Positions 26,810 through 46,456 of a stretch of 64,000 nt of DNA are shown in pieces. A program made the position numbers and the translations under genes. A model generated the notes under the pieces. That model saw only the letters and a list, made by a program, of their open reading frames with translations, was not told where the DNA came from and made no database searches. The stretch is from Balanoglossus misakiensis (taxonomy: Eukaryota; Animalia; Hemichordata), in the NCBI GenBank assembly GCA_040954595.2, contig CM082592.2, forward strand, positions 7,675,677 to 7,739,676, given 5' to 3'. Within the stretch, counting starts at the first letter, position 1. Each line of letters starts with the position of its first letter.

Positions 26810-26915
26810 TCACAGCCGTTGTCCAAACGTCCACCCCAAGGAATGGGAAACAATGGTCTGTACAGTGAACCAGCTTTGTAAAATGACTGGACGACTTGGT
26901 CTAACGAGTAACGGT

Positions 26916-26997
26916 GATGATGATGATGAGGAGGAGGAGGAGGAGGAGAAGGAGGAGGAAGATAAAGAGGAGAAGAAAAAGAAGCGGACGAGGAAGA
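26916..26997. repeat. (GAT)n(GAG)n purine-rich low-complexity tract in the xCT 3' UTR
   Basis: gatgatgatgatgaggaggaggaggaggaggagaaggaggagg... directly visible. Confidence 0.85.
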
Positions 26998-27752
26998 GTG
27001 GTTAGTGATGGGGATGGCGGTGTGAAGGAGAATTGGGAACAATTCAAAAGCGAGATTGCTAGAATATTTATTATCAAATGATTTGCAGTCAAAAGCATCA
27101 AGTTATAAATGAAAAAGTATTACTTTACCCGAAAATGCTCTCTTTCTTTGCGAACATGAATGTGTAAATGATGTACACATTAAAAGTAAATTGCAAACAC
27201 TCATATATACTAGTATTATCATGTAAAGAATATTTTTATTGATGTTGAGAATAAGTAGTTTGCAAAGAAGGCGTATGCCTGTATACAGTTTTGTTATCCT
27301 ATGGTACATTACAAACTTAAATTCATAAATTCAAAAACATTCTGCTTTCAGTGACAAGACTTTTGGTCAGCTTATAACAAAATGTCCCCTCATTTTACAA
27401 TTTCCATTTCCTTCAGTCGTTCACTTCTACAAGTGGAAGTTTTCACCAAGATTTTAATGAGAGTCATTGAAGCTCTTTCAAACCATGCTGACTGCCGAAC
27501 CCAGTAATGCTATGACTTAGACAAGATCAACATGTACACACAAAACTTGGGATTGCCCAGTGTCCGTGCATTTTTGCTTTTTCCACACGAGATTTGCTTT
27601 CCCTTTACATTGATCAGTCCAATCCGCTTTGGTGTGTTGCCATCAGCAGTGGCCAACACTGTTGCATGCTGCCAAAATACCAACAGAAAAGTTGGAAAAA
27701 CAAGCGTGTTTTTTTTATAATTATCCGAGCTTCGTGAAGTGCAGATTTCTCC

Positions 27753-30700
27753 TCAGGTGTTGATTATTGCCTGCTGGACCATGAAGTCGTACAACTTCCT
27801 GGTCTTGTTGACGTCGATCTTGATCAGGTTGCGGGCCTGCTTGAGTCGAAGGAAACCCTGTTTGCTGAACTCCGACGTCAGAATCCGCTTGTACTCAAAG
27901 TAGGCCTCCGGGATGATCCGGACACAAGCACACATCTGGAAAGAGAGGTAGAGTTTCCCGAGTGAGGCTGGAATAAAGGCCAGTTCAGAAAAGTCCCACT
28001 AAAGACGGGTTCAACTGTATTTTTGGTTTCATGTGAAGTTATTACATGACTTTATTTGATTATTTCAACGATTGTGTCAATTGAGCTGAAAACTCACAAG
28101 GACCCACTGACTCACCTCCTTCTCTGCGTCGGTGAGCTTCTCGTATCCCGGGAAATTTTTGAGATCTAATGGCGGGGCACTTTTCCGACCTGGAGGGCGA
28201 GATAATGTGCATTTGTTATTATTGCTGAAATAGACCTATCCTTAGTACAGTTTTTACTGTCAAATAATTACTCAAGATAGACAACAGTACTGGCAAAATG
28301 ATTTAAAAATTATTTTAAAATGTTTAAATCGTGAAGCAAAAATATAACATTCACTCATACCTATTGATGGAAACACAGAAGGTAACTGCATTTGGCCATT
28401 ATCCCTGTAATGTACAAAACAAGGGGGGTTAATAAAAACACTGAGTACATAGTGAACAAAAATGACGCCAGTCACATCTTATCAAAGTCCACACTCAACA
28501 CAAGGACTGAAGAGATCAAAAAAAAGTGTCACTTGACTCACAGTTGGGCTTGGCGTTGCAGCCATTGTTGGCAGGCATTTTGGTCTTCCACGTATCCGAG
28601 CACGTCCGTCAACATGTTGCGTCTACTCGTCTGCTTCTCTCGTCTGGCTTTCAACTTGTCGTACAGTCTTGCCCCTACAAGACAAGAACATTCAGACATA
28701 AAGACACAAACGATAGATTCCAATGGTACTACACATACATATACATAAGACATACAATAGCTACCGTAATACCTACCCCTGAATGTAGTGATACCATTCT
28801 TGACATAATCTTCAAGTCTCTTGACTTCGTTTTGAAGATCATACTCATCTATGAGGACAAGATGCAAGAAATGAATGACAGTGCAGCTGTGTTGACCTTC
28901 AGTGACTTCACTCAGACTTAACCCTTTCACCACCATGGTTCAGTCCAAACCAATAGTTTTCTATGGTAAGGTTGGACCTCTAAAGAGGGAACTGGGGGTG
29001 AAAGGGTTAAGGCAGTGGATACTAAAGGTCTCTGAAAATAATACCAGTGGATGTCTAACAACCCAGTGGGATGGGCATGGAAGTGACACGTTAAGTAGTT
29101 ATCTAACAGTATTCCACACTTACATATGAAACCTTCTATCATTTTATCGTGGTTTTCCGGTGACTGCAGTCTCATGAACGGTCTGGTCTTCTCAAACAGT
29201 TCTCGGATGTATCGGCAGTGCTTTCTCTCCAACACTGAAAAACACACGACACAAAATGTCAGAAAAAAAAATGCAATAAGAGAGCGCATACCCCAAGACG
29301 AATACTGGTGTTTACCACTTTTCATTTGTGTTTTTATGCAAGAATTCTTAAAATGAACCTAAGATTTCTTCACCCAAAAACTGACTTACTGTGTTGCTTC
29401 CATAGATTAAGTAAACCGTAATCTTTCAGTATTCTGGAAAATTCAAGGAAGATGTAACAAGTTAAGGTCAACCCCAGAACATAAAGTCAACCACTATTGA
29501 GTAAATCAGTAAATCTATCATAAATACAATACTTGCATTTGAATTTACAGCCACCCTGATAGCAAAATTGACAACCAGTGAAATTTTTGGATATATATTT
29601 CTTTGCATGAAGAGTGTAGATGACTAAGGAATTTTTACCTTTTTCTCCTGTGTCGTTCCCTTAACCGTGCATAAAATATCTGCACAGCTCCTAACTTCAG
29701 AGCTGAAAGGAACAAAAGAGATTATAAAATCTTGTATCAGGGTTTCTTCATCGCTGGGGCCATCTCAGTAAAAAAATTTGTGTGAAATACAACTCACCAT
29801 TTAACAACCTATCGTCATCATCCGCAAAATACAAATCTTTGATGTCCCACTCAGCATAGTTATCAAATTCCTGAAAAAAAAAGATACCAAAATATTGACA
29901 TACATTTCTTTGACTTCAATATTTATCATATTTATAAATAAGTGTAAATGCAAGAAAAATTTGCAAGGAATAACTATGATTAATTACACTAACACTTTGT
30001 TATAATTTAAAAAAAAAAAATCATCTCTTTGCTGTTGTGTTGTTTGGAAGTCAAATTTTGAAAGTGTTTTTTTACCCTAGGAATTCTAATTAATATTCAA
30101 ATGAATGCGAATATAGGTGACCTTTGACCTCTTACCTCATGGAAGTCTCCTCTAGCAGCTATGTAGCCTGCCATCTCATTAGCTTTCTGCGAGTCTTTGG
30201 CTGGCCTTGGTGGGTCTTCAGACACTGCATCATTACAGGTAAGGAAACAAAGATATTAGTTAGAGAGTTTCAGAGCTGTTGTTACATTAGAGGCTTTCAA
30301 AAACAGTGAACTTTCTACCACTCTTTGTGTGGTAGAATGGCAATGGTGTTCACTGTTATAGTAGTGTTCAACTAGATTTTTCTATGACACTGGAGATTGA
30401 CAGTCACATTTTGCAATGTACCCAAAGAAAATAATTTATTGACTCAAATTTAGCCCAATTCAGAACAAAACAGTTCAGCCTTTACTCACATTTGCATAGG
30501 ATCGGTTTCACCGGATTTGTCTTTGGATATTCTGGAAGAACTGAAAAAAAAATGATATCAGTGGGTTATTGATTGGCTTACTTAACATGTAATCCTTACA
30601 CAGGCTCTGAGGTCTGGCCGGCAAAGCCGCTAGCCGTCTCAAACGTTCCAGGACAACTTAAACCAATCACACATAATAATTTACGCCAGTTTTTGTCCTG

Positions 30701-31636
30701 AGACGTTTCAGAAGCATTTCCAATGTGTGTGAATCCCATATAAGACACAGACTCACCTGGAAGTGGCGGTTTGGGATTCTTGATGAAACAGTTGCGGTAA
30801 TGTTGGGCACACTCGTCTTTCGACTTGGTCTGAACCTGGTTAGCAACATCACCCCTGTGAATGAGACGTTTCATTTCAGCTCTTAAAATATCACTTAAAT
30901 TTGAATAACTACATGTCATAATATATAAGTGTTTTGTGATCAATCTTCTGTGTTGCTGAATTCAATGAAATGAGGCTCACCAATTTCCCAGACCACAGTC
31001 ACCAATAGCATCCAATAAAGCGATTTCTTCTTTAGCAGTCCATCCAGGTTCAAGAATTGTGAAATCATTTGTCTGTAACAAGAAAGTGTTAGGGTAAGGG
31101 ACTACCCAGATATAGGCAGTGTGTGGATTCATAATTCAATAGCCTAATAATGTAACATGTAGATTTGCAAGAAAACACTGTTGTAGTATACTAGTAACTA
31201 GTAGTTATTTTCTTGAAATTTTCACACAAGTTGCTGAAAGAGAAGGTTCATTTTAAATTTAACATTCACTTAACTTACAATTATTTCATATGCATGGTCA
31301 TTCTCATGTCCTTCGCCTTCCCAACCATGTGAAAAACACTGAAATCAAAGTATACAAATATGTTAGATAAAACCATGGATTTCTCAATTGACAATATTGT
31401 TGTTCTTTTACTTGGAAGTGTTTTCGTGTTATTCTGCTTACAAGATCAGGACTGAACGAGCAGTCATTCAATCAAAATATCGCTAGACATCTTTGATAAT
31501 TACATGTATTGTTTCCATGACAACCTACCTGGAGGCAGAGATAAAGTGGTGGCCCGCACACATCACACCTTATGAATGGTTCCATCAAATAGGAGGAACA
31601 ACCGGGACAAGGGGGTCTGTCATCCGGGGTTGTCAT
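27753..31636 (-). CDS. TADA2A: Transcriptional adapter 2-alpha (ZZ, SANT and SWIRM domains; ATAC complex)
   Basis: ATG 31636, MTTPDDRPPCPGCSSYLMEPFIRCDVCGPPLYLCLQCF (human DKPPCRGCSSYLMEPYIKCAECGPPPFFLCLQCF). SANT WTAKEEIALLDAIGDCGLGNWGDVANQVQTKSKDEC, then AGYIAARGDF..EFDNYAEWDI, and SWIRM LKQARNLIKIDVNKTRKLYDFM. About 13 coding exons, stop at 27753. Confidence 0.95.
28922..29006. mobile_element. piggyBac-like MITE (85 bp) in a TADA2A intron
   Basis: TTAA|CCCTTTCACCACCA ... TGGGGGTGAAAGGG|TTAA: 14-bp TIR (1 mismatch), CCC/GGG ends and TTAA duplication. Confidence 0.82.
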
Positions 31637-32089
31637 GATGTGATAATGTTGATGATAATGATCACTGTGAAGATATGGCAACACACGTAGTGACGTCACT
31701 GAAAGTGAGAATAAAATGTGGAGTGCAAATGATGAATCGTCGCTACGTGAGAGTCCTACATAACCACGTAGGATCTTCGCCGCGAAGATCGCGTAGCGGC
31801 GGTTGGGGTAGATCGGTCACAAAATTAGATGTGTAACACCACTAAACGTCAAAGCATGGACGTACGTGCCGCCGGCCGGTTGCCGACGCCCGAAGGCGGA
31901 CGTACGCGGCCGCCGGCGGGAGCCCGCCCATCGCGTCCAGCCCAGGTATGATTTTTATCGTGTACAAAAACATCGGTGGCCGTTTTGTTCAATCGGAATG
32001 ACTTAAAATGTGGCTGAAATATAGTTAATTGTACTCACACACTGCAATCGAATGCAGCCCGGCAGAAAAGTCAAACAAAACGCAAATGT

Positions 32090-32212
32090 AGTTGGACAAG
32101 GAATTGGCTGTATGCAGCACAAGACCGTGAACTTTGACCCGGAAGTACTATCATCCAGGAAGTTATGATGTGAAGTCGAAATTGCGTTGTTTGGATACCG
32201 TGGGCTTATGCA
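32090..32212. promoter_or_regulatory. Compact bidirectional promoter shared by TADA2A and OGFOD2
   Basis: TADA2A has a likely 5'UTR intron (minus-strand donor ~32038, acceptor ~31699) and the OGFOD2 ATG is at 32213. Between them are an inverted CCAAT (ATTGG 32103), a DR1-type TGAACT-T-TGACCC (32128-32140) and ETS CCGGAAGT (32139-32146). A CpG-rich stretch lies at ~31770-31945. Confidence 0.6.
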
Positions 32213-34542
32213 ATGGAAAATGATGTTGAGCTGACGAAAGAATTTTTCGTCTGCACCTGTTTTTACACGCATAATATATTCCTGCAGAAATACAATCTAC
32301 ACGTCACGTATTTTGATGATGAAAACAAATTTGCTAAGGATTGGAGACAGGTGAGTGACTGATGTTTGATCCTTCATTCATTCATTCATTCGTTCGTTCG
32401 TTTAGTAATAACAACAATAACAACAGTAATAATAATATGTTCACAGGCATTATACACTCGAGGGTGTAAAACAGAAGATGACATGAAAAATGTGTTATTA
32501 CAGGTATGTGAAAATGCTAGATTCCTGTGTTCTCAACACTAACTAGTATTCAACAGAAGGCATATTCATCACACACTGCTACTGTTTTCTAAATATCAGC
32601 ACACAGAATATATGCCAAATACTCCTGATGTCTTCCCATTTGAGACATCAGTCAAAATTTACTTTTTCTCACCGACTCATCAACAATGATTGGCTATTTT
32701 ATCAGAAAAGGAAGAATTTCGCATTTACACAACTCAGTATTTTGCACTTGCTAAGTTTGTAGCAAAGCTCCCTCTATATACGGGTATTACATTGAACTTG
32801 CTTTTGTTTTTCCATTTCAGGTCAAAGCAGAGGTTACAAGAAGGAAGTCTTTGGGACAGCAATACCTGGAAAGAAGAGAGAAAATATTCCTCAATTACAA
32901 ACCACTACATCCACATATTTACAAACTTCAGGTGACTAGAAACTTTTGCTTTTTTGTTTGACACCAAGCATTTTCCATGGGAGATTTGTCATACATATTC
33001 ATCTGGAACTTTTGATGAATAAACTCGTATTCCTTCATGGAAATAAGTCGAGCGTTTTGCAATCCATTATAGGAGTTCTATTTCGCGAAGGAGTTTCTAG
33101 ACATTGTCGAGTATGCCAAGAGAAAAGATGCCACTCTGGATGGACTGACCAATAAACTGACAGTGGAATCATGTGAGTATATCACTTCTTTGGTTTTATC
33201 ATCATATTTGCTCTAATATATGTTGTTCTGCTTGCTATGTTACAGTTCACCCTGCATTTGGTGATTCAAAATCTTTATACCACTACGAACATGACATGAA
33301 TACCAGCCCAGCACTCAAATATTGAATTTTAATTGTCTTTGTTTCAGCGCCCAAAGTGTATTCATTTCCGGTGTTTACATCACAATTCTGCGAAGAGTTT
33401 ATGGAAGAGATTAGCCACTTTGAAAGCACGGATCTTCCCAAGGGAAGGCCAAATACAATGAATAATTATGGGGTAAGAAATCCACAATAAATCGTGCCAT
33501 GAAGATCAAATGGTATTTATAAGCTAAAGTACTTCATTTAATACTAAATGTAGTACATAATGGTTTTTATGTCAATATCATGTGAGGAAAATGAGACTCA
33601 CTGGCAAAGTACAGACAATGGCATGACCTACCTGCCAAAACAAGTGTTTAGCCACTGTCATCAATAGATATTCTGGATGCTTTTTTATTGAAGGTCTTAC
33701 TGAATGAGTTGGGTTTTGATGAAGATTTCATCTCTCCGCTGAGAGTGAAATATTTGAGACCATTAACACAGCTTCTGTATCCTGATTGGGGAGGCGGCTG
33801 CCTGGATTCCCACAAGGCCTTCATTGTCAAGTACAAACTAGGGGAAGACCTGTCGCTGAACTATCACTACGACAACGCGGAGATCACCATCAATGTGTCA
33901 CTGGGACGACAGTTCTCTGATGGATCGCTCTATTTTGGCGACATGCGATGGGTAGGTAAAGGAGAGTTTGTTTTCCAGTACTTCCATCAAAATGGGAGGC
34001 TTCTCCCCTCCAGTTAGCTGTGGTGTAACCCATCAGCTGCTTAAGACAAGTGGAATGCTGCATTTTGGCGAGCCTGTAGGTGGAGAGAGTACTTACCTCC
34101 AAAGTACACCCTCTACCATAAAATTTGGGTCGCTGTTGATCAGCATGGCTTCAAGTGAATACCTATGCCGGTTCAAATGACAAAATAAAGACACCCTTAT
34201 GTCAGGAAATGTCTACAGTGCACAGAACTGACATAGATTTTAAAGCATGTACCTTTTTCCCCCCTGCGATTATTTTAGGTTCCTTTGGAAGAAACTGAGT
34301 GCACGGATTACGAACACAAACCAACATACGGACTTCTGCACAGGGGACAGCACATGCACGGAGCACTGCCGATCACCCAGGGGGAGAGGTACAACTTGAT
34401 CGTCTGGATGAGGTCTTCCCAGGTCCGGAATGAGATGTGCCCCATGTGCGGGAGCGAGCCGCAACTGGTGAGGACGGTCGGGTTTGGGGACGGATTCACA
34501 GTGGATGAACCGGACACTGTCAATCTGTGTGCGACATCTTAG
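32213..34542 (+). CDS. OGFOD2: 2-oxoglutarate and iron-dependent oxygenase domain-containing protein 2
   Basis: Exons ~32213-32350, 32447-32503, 32821-32931, 33073-33172, 33347-33472, 33693-33951 and 34279-34542. N-terminus FVCTCFYTHNIFLQKYNLHV (human FCRCACFCTDNLYVARYGLHV), PKGRPNTMNNYGVLLNELG, Fe ligands HYD...H in HRGQHMHGALPITQGERYNLIVWMRS, and CPMCG. Confidence 0.93.
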
Positions 34543-35300
34543 CAGTATCAAATCAACAGAAATGTTGAGATATTTTAAGGATTGACATCATGTTTGTTCT
34601 GTGTTTTTTAGATAATAAGCGGGCATAGGTTCGGTGCTCGGAACAGGGCAACGATATTATACCACAAATTTGGCAAGATTTGGGGCATTTTTACAGCAAG
34701 AATGGAGATTCGCGCTCTAATTTCAGTGTACGTTCATGTACGCATACAGTACAGTGGTATAATATTCAAATGAGATCTGTGGTATTTCTGCTGCAGAAAC
34801 TCCATCATGGACTAATGGAATTTTGATGAATTTGTCAAAATGAATTATTAAGTCCATGAATTTATGACATTCATGCAGCTGGGTCAGTACATTTATCGAT
34901 ACACAATCCATGTTAATTGTGCCATAATTATACAAATATCGTCCAACTTCACAGTGAAATGCAGGGACATATACACACACATATTCGGGTTATGAAACAG
35001 TCTTTATTTACAGTACAAAATAATGAAGACAAGTGGGGCACTTGCAGTAAATGACTCTTGACTGAAAATACTTTTGCAATTTTTCTTGATCATTTCGCAA
35101 AGCGCGAGTGATAAATGGTGCCTCAGTACTGTACTAATGCGCTATAAATCATACTTCTTTTAGAAGTGAACATAAATCCATGGAAATTCATTAGGTAAAA
35201 TTATTTTATTTGACCTCTGACATAGTAAGTTATAAATAGAAATGATCAATGGGCGGTACAATGGACGGCTACAATTAGTGCAAGACGTTTTCATTACACT

Positions 35301-35527
35301 CTTAAAGGGAGTACAAAATGTATATACCTTAGGGACATTTTCAGAAAAACATGATAGACCTCCAAACCTTACAATTTTTACTGTATATTACAGTGTGAGG
35401 AATCATTTTGAAAAAAAGAAAGAAAAAAAGGGTGTTCTCTGTCATGTTTTCATAAAAAATCACTACTTTAAAATGTTTCTCCATAGACTTACACAGAGAT
35501 TGGCAGCCATTTTGAATTTCAAATTTG
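35301..35527 (+). repeat. Dispersed repeat copy just downstream of the CCDC157 stop (3' UTR region), homologous to 20370-20593
   Basis: By-eye alignment to the reverse complement of 20370-20593. Confidence 0.68.
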
Positions 35528-35626
35528 AGAAGAATTTGCCTTCTCGTTGGAATCAACTCACAAGGTTGAAGGTCATGTTTGCAAAATGAACACCCATTCC
35601 CACCCCCACTGGAATGGCGCAAAAGT

Positions 35627-42246
<6,620 letters not shown>

Positions 42247-42940
42247 TTAAGTTCTTGTATGCAACTGCAAATCTGAAAGGGATTGATAGATTGATCATTT
42301 CGATCAAATTCTTTATTGCCAACCCAAGAAGAGGGACGAGCACCTACAATCAGCAATCGTTACTAGGAACCCCACTGAAGCTAGTAGTACATGTATTCCG
42401 ATCGCGGTTGTGAACGTAAACAAACCGAGTCTGCTGTTGTCACACAGCTAGACGGGGTGTTAGTGACCTTCCTAACAGCGTTACAAAGCAAAACGCCATT
42501 GCAGTTGTAGAGGATGGACAGTGTTACCTTGACAACAAAATTACACTACGTGGATGCAGCACGGTGTCGAACGATCAAGCCGAATTGGCGACCCGAGAGA
42601 TTTCATCAACGGAGGCAGCCATTTTTGAAAACCAGGAATGCGTTTGGTTGTTCGGGCATGTTTTCTCCAAAGATAGGACGCCACCACCGTCACCATGACA
42701 AGAGTATACAATGTAATGTCTTTGGCTGACTTACCTGCAGACAATCAATTCGCAGTTGGATTGGTCACTGTTCATGCGTACGAATATATTCCTATCCAGG
42801 GGGCGAACATTCACAGCTGACATCAAGGGTCAACATTTTCACAATACGGGTTCATTGAGGTCAGTATATGCGTACCAAATGATGCCACCTTTTCACTCGG
42901 TGAGCAAAAGTGGAAAAACTATTTGAGACTTTGTTTATAG

Positions 42941-42968
42941 CATGGAGGTACTAGAGAGTACCTCCATG
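42941..42968. mobile_element. 28-bp P-element-like palindrome with 8-bp TSD
   Basis: GTTTATAG|CATGGAGGTACT-AGAG-AGTACCTCCATG|GTTTATAG. Confidence 0.7.
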
Positions 42969-43631
42969 GTTTATAGGTAGTTCAAGTTATGTGTGAATGT
43001 ATTTGTTGTTTCGGGTAATGCGTTTTTAATACTTTAATATGAATTTTCATGAAATGTAGGCTAATATTTTAAGTTTTGTTTATTGATGATAATACATTCA
43101 TAACTTACATACATGTCAATTACGCACATTCACATGCTATGGTACCCTTTCGAATTTCCATCAACGATGCACCATTGGAACTGAAATTGTACACCTATTC
43201 TCGGAGTGCCAGCCTCGTTCGCGGTGTGAAGGTTAACGTGAATCAAGCATTTTGCGGGTTATCTTCAAGGCACTTCCTGGCTCCTAACTTCCATTGATGT
43301 TTTTTTTCATGATGAAAACGCGGTTTTGATCTGGCTTAGCGAATGTTGTGCGAGTTGCAAGTCAGACGGGCTGGCACATCCGGGTCGGTATCTGCGGTCC
43401 CCATAGCAATCGTCGGGAACGAGGACACATGACAACAGTGAACGACACTGAGACTAAATAAAGTTATTTACGCCGTACTTCCAGTTAAAGTGCAAATTTA
43501 ATCCATGACAGCGAAAACGGTGATCCCATGCGCTTAATTTAAGTGTGTGTAAAACAGCGTCACTCTTTTTCTACCATGATAAGAATAAGCTTGCATGCTC
43601 GTTCATGTCATCAGCACCTTTAGTTATGACG

Positions 43632-46456
43632 TCATCCGCGGAAGAACCTCTTCACGAGCTCTCCGTCCTTACACTCTTCCGGTCCAAGTGAATCCTTCTG
43701 AGAAGCAGTGAATAAAAATAGTATGGAGATGGTTATGATGGTGATTTACGAAAGGACTCGTACTTTTCGTCCACCGAAAATTATTCATCGAATTATTCAT
43801 TACAAAGGGACAATAATTACCGTTGATAACCTCATTAGTGTTGGAATTTCTTTGACTTTGAAGGTTGGATGGTTCTTGAATTCGTTGTCTGGGTCATTCC
43901 ACCTGAGAATTGAGAACAATATGTCGTGTGAAGTCCTATTGCATGTAGTTGTAAGCTAATTTTTTGCTTAGCTTGGATACACAGACGGGGACTGAGTTCG
44001 CTCCGTCGGTTACAGAGATTGAGGTTCTAAAATAGGTGTGCATGCACATTTAGCAAAATTTACTCAATATTGTGAAAATCGCGTATGACTGTAGAATAGC
44101 AGTAACATCCGGGCATACCCTGCTTCGTCCCCAACTACACAAAGGATAAATACAGATCCCTCGGGTAGCTCCTCCAGGCCTTTTTCGATGTTTGGTTCAC
44201 CTGCAAAGAAGGAAACGAGGAGAGAAGTCAATAACTGATGTTTAAAGTTACTTGAATAAGTGTAGCATGCAATTGAGTCCGCGTACGCGTACATCAGTCA
44301 GTTCCCCGGCCCTGTGTTACTGTCTATGACGTCACAGGATTCTCGCGTGTGAATTTCGAAGCGGATTCAACAGGTGTCTTGCGACGTGCCGTCCATATCA
44401 GATGACGTCACACTTCGCATTATGTATAGAAACCAAACAAATTTAAACGTGCAAATGTGTTTGTTTGTTTTTTGTTGTTGGACTGCTTGCTGGCTTCATT
44501 TTTGCAAGGTTGATATTGTTTGTGTCGGTGTAATAGAGGGACTGCGAATATAGCAAACGTATACTTGTAGGCCTATGTGAGATATTCCGATTTTGTTTCT
44601 GTTTCGCACGTGTTGTTCATATTTACAGTTTCGGTAATGTTTTGGCACATGTACTGCAAGTATCACAGTGTCCTTCACGTATTCAAACCACAAAATAAGA
44701 CGCGAGGCGTGCTATATGGTGCTGTGACACGCCGCCGCATAAAACCAAGTTTGATGTACAATGTATACGTGTTCCGCACAGACGAATGCTCCCCGTTGAC
44801 GTCTGCTGCTTTTGTTGATCTGCCATACATATGCAAAATGTCGACATCTCTGTTTGTTCAGTTGGAATAAAAGTGGGACGTGCATAGAAAATAAAAACGG
44901 AAGGACACGGTCTTAATCGCCGAACTAATAGTACCTGTTATTGTTGTGTGACGTGACCGTGAATTACAATTCTGTTCTCATTTCCACATAGGGGTCCGTA
45001 TGGGCCAGCTTGCGAGATTGCACTTGTACATTTTACAAGAATGTGCGTTTCCAAACTGTTTAATGCATTCTGCAATTATTCAAAAGTCTGGGCTATAATA
45101 AATACAGGCTATTCAACTCGCGTACGACATGACGATTTTATCATAATAATGCTTTCATATGATGAAGCCGGTTTTTTATGCCATTTATTTTACATAATGC
45201 AAATGTAGATATGGCTTATATACTAGTAGTTGTCATAGCAACCACAATAATGGATCTAGACTTGTTATGACTGGTGTGATAAAAGAGGGCAGAAAGGATT
45301 TTAACCGACTTTTATTTCGTTCAGAATTTCACTCCGCGACAGACACGGCATCGATCGGTCGCCGTTGTCCTGTCTGCGCATGTCCGTAGAGGATGTCACC
45401 GTAGAGATGAAATCGTTCTCCATAATTGCGAATAAATAACCCGTCGCCATGTTGTCGTTCAGTCTGTGAGATAACTACACACATATTATAATCAATCGTC
45501 CGTTTCCTCTTGTGTCACGGTGGCGTTTTTGCGATAAGTACGCCGGCACAGTCAGCCATTTTGCTCCAAATAAATTCCCGGGCACCATACTGCCCTTTAA
45601 AAAGAATTTTAGGCGTTTACCTTTGTCCATTTTTTTTTCAAATGACGGAAAGATATGTCCGTTGTGGCACAATTGAACCATTCCATTATCGGGAAATAGA
45701 AAAGGTCTTAATATCAATATTTGAATTTTTAGATTGACTATTTTATGTCAGTTAGCTACATAAACCGTTTTCAATCATTATCCGAAGACATCCAAAACGT
45801 CTATTTTATGTAAATAATCACTTCTTTATCAAACCATTTTAGTAGGAAACAGTATTCTCAACGCCTTGGCTGTCTATATCCATGACCTCTTCTTGTAGGG
45901 GGTCATCGTCGCAGACAGCTCAACAAATTGACGAAACGACGTTTTTAAACCCTCGAAAAAAGATTCGTAATTTGTGCGTGACTATAGGTCAAGCCTCATT
46001 TCTATGTGGCCTTATGTATTTTGGCCTTATGGGCGTTATGTTCGGCGAGAAAATTGCCAACGGTCACACCTTGTGGTTAAGGTGGGCGGAGGTCATTACG
46101 AGTCTGTATTTTCATCCTATGCGTTTCTTTCAATTCGCTGTCAATTTTTGACAGCGTCTGCTGTACATACAGACTGTAAGACGTCACACATTAGGCGTTT
46201 GTTGAAAATTCTGAAACAATTGTGCGCCGAATAGCAATCGCTGGCTGCGGACGTGTGGCGTGGATTATTATCTTTACAGCAAAAGGTGAAAATATCTCGA
46301 CATATTACCTTCTCGGCAGTCGTCGCACCAGCTCTTGCAGTTTTGTCCCAAAGCGCCGGTGAAAAATAGAAAGGTGTTCGGGTTGTCTTTGTGCTCCTCG
46401 GCGGCCGACACCATCTCGTCGACACTTTCCACGATGATCTGGTAGACGCTCGACAT
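43632..46456 (-). CDS. TXNDC17: Thioredoxin domain-containing protein 17 (TRP14)-like, WCDDC active site
   Basis: Exons 46456-46309, ~44200-44119, ~43900-43821 and ~43697-43632 give MSSVYQIIVESVDEMVSAAEEHKDNPNTFLFFTGALGQNCKSWCDDCREGEPNIEKGLEELPEGSVFILCVVGDEAGWNDPDNEFKNHPTFKVKEIPTLMRLSTKDSLGPEECKDGELVKRFFRG*. This is colinear with TXNDC17 (FTG..KSWCPDC..AEP..EG.VFI.C.VG...W.DP.N.F....PTL). Confidence 0.85.

Noticed and set aside
43620-43634. TGA at the end of the TXNDC17-like gene as possible selenocysteine (RG-U-RHN*)
   Set aside because: The stop falls where TXNDC17 orthologues end, it is not in a redox motif, and no convincing SECIS was seen.
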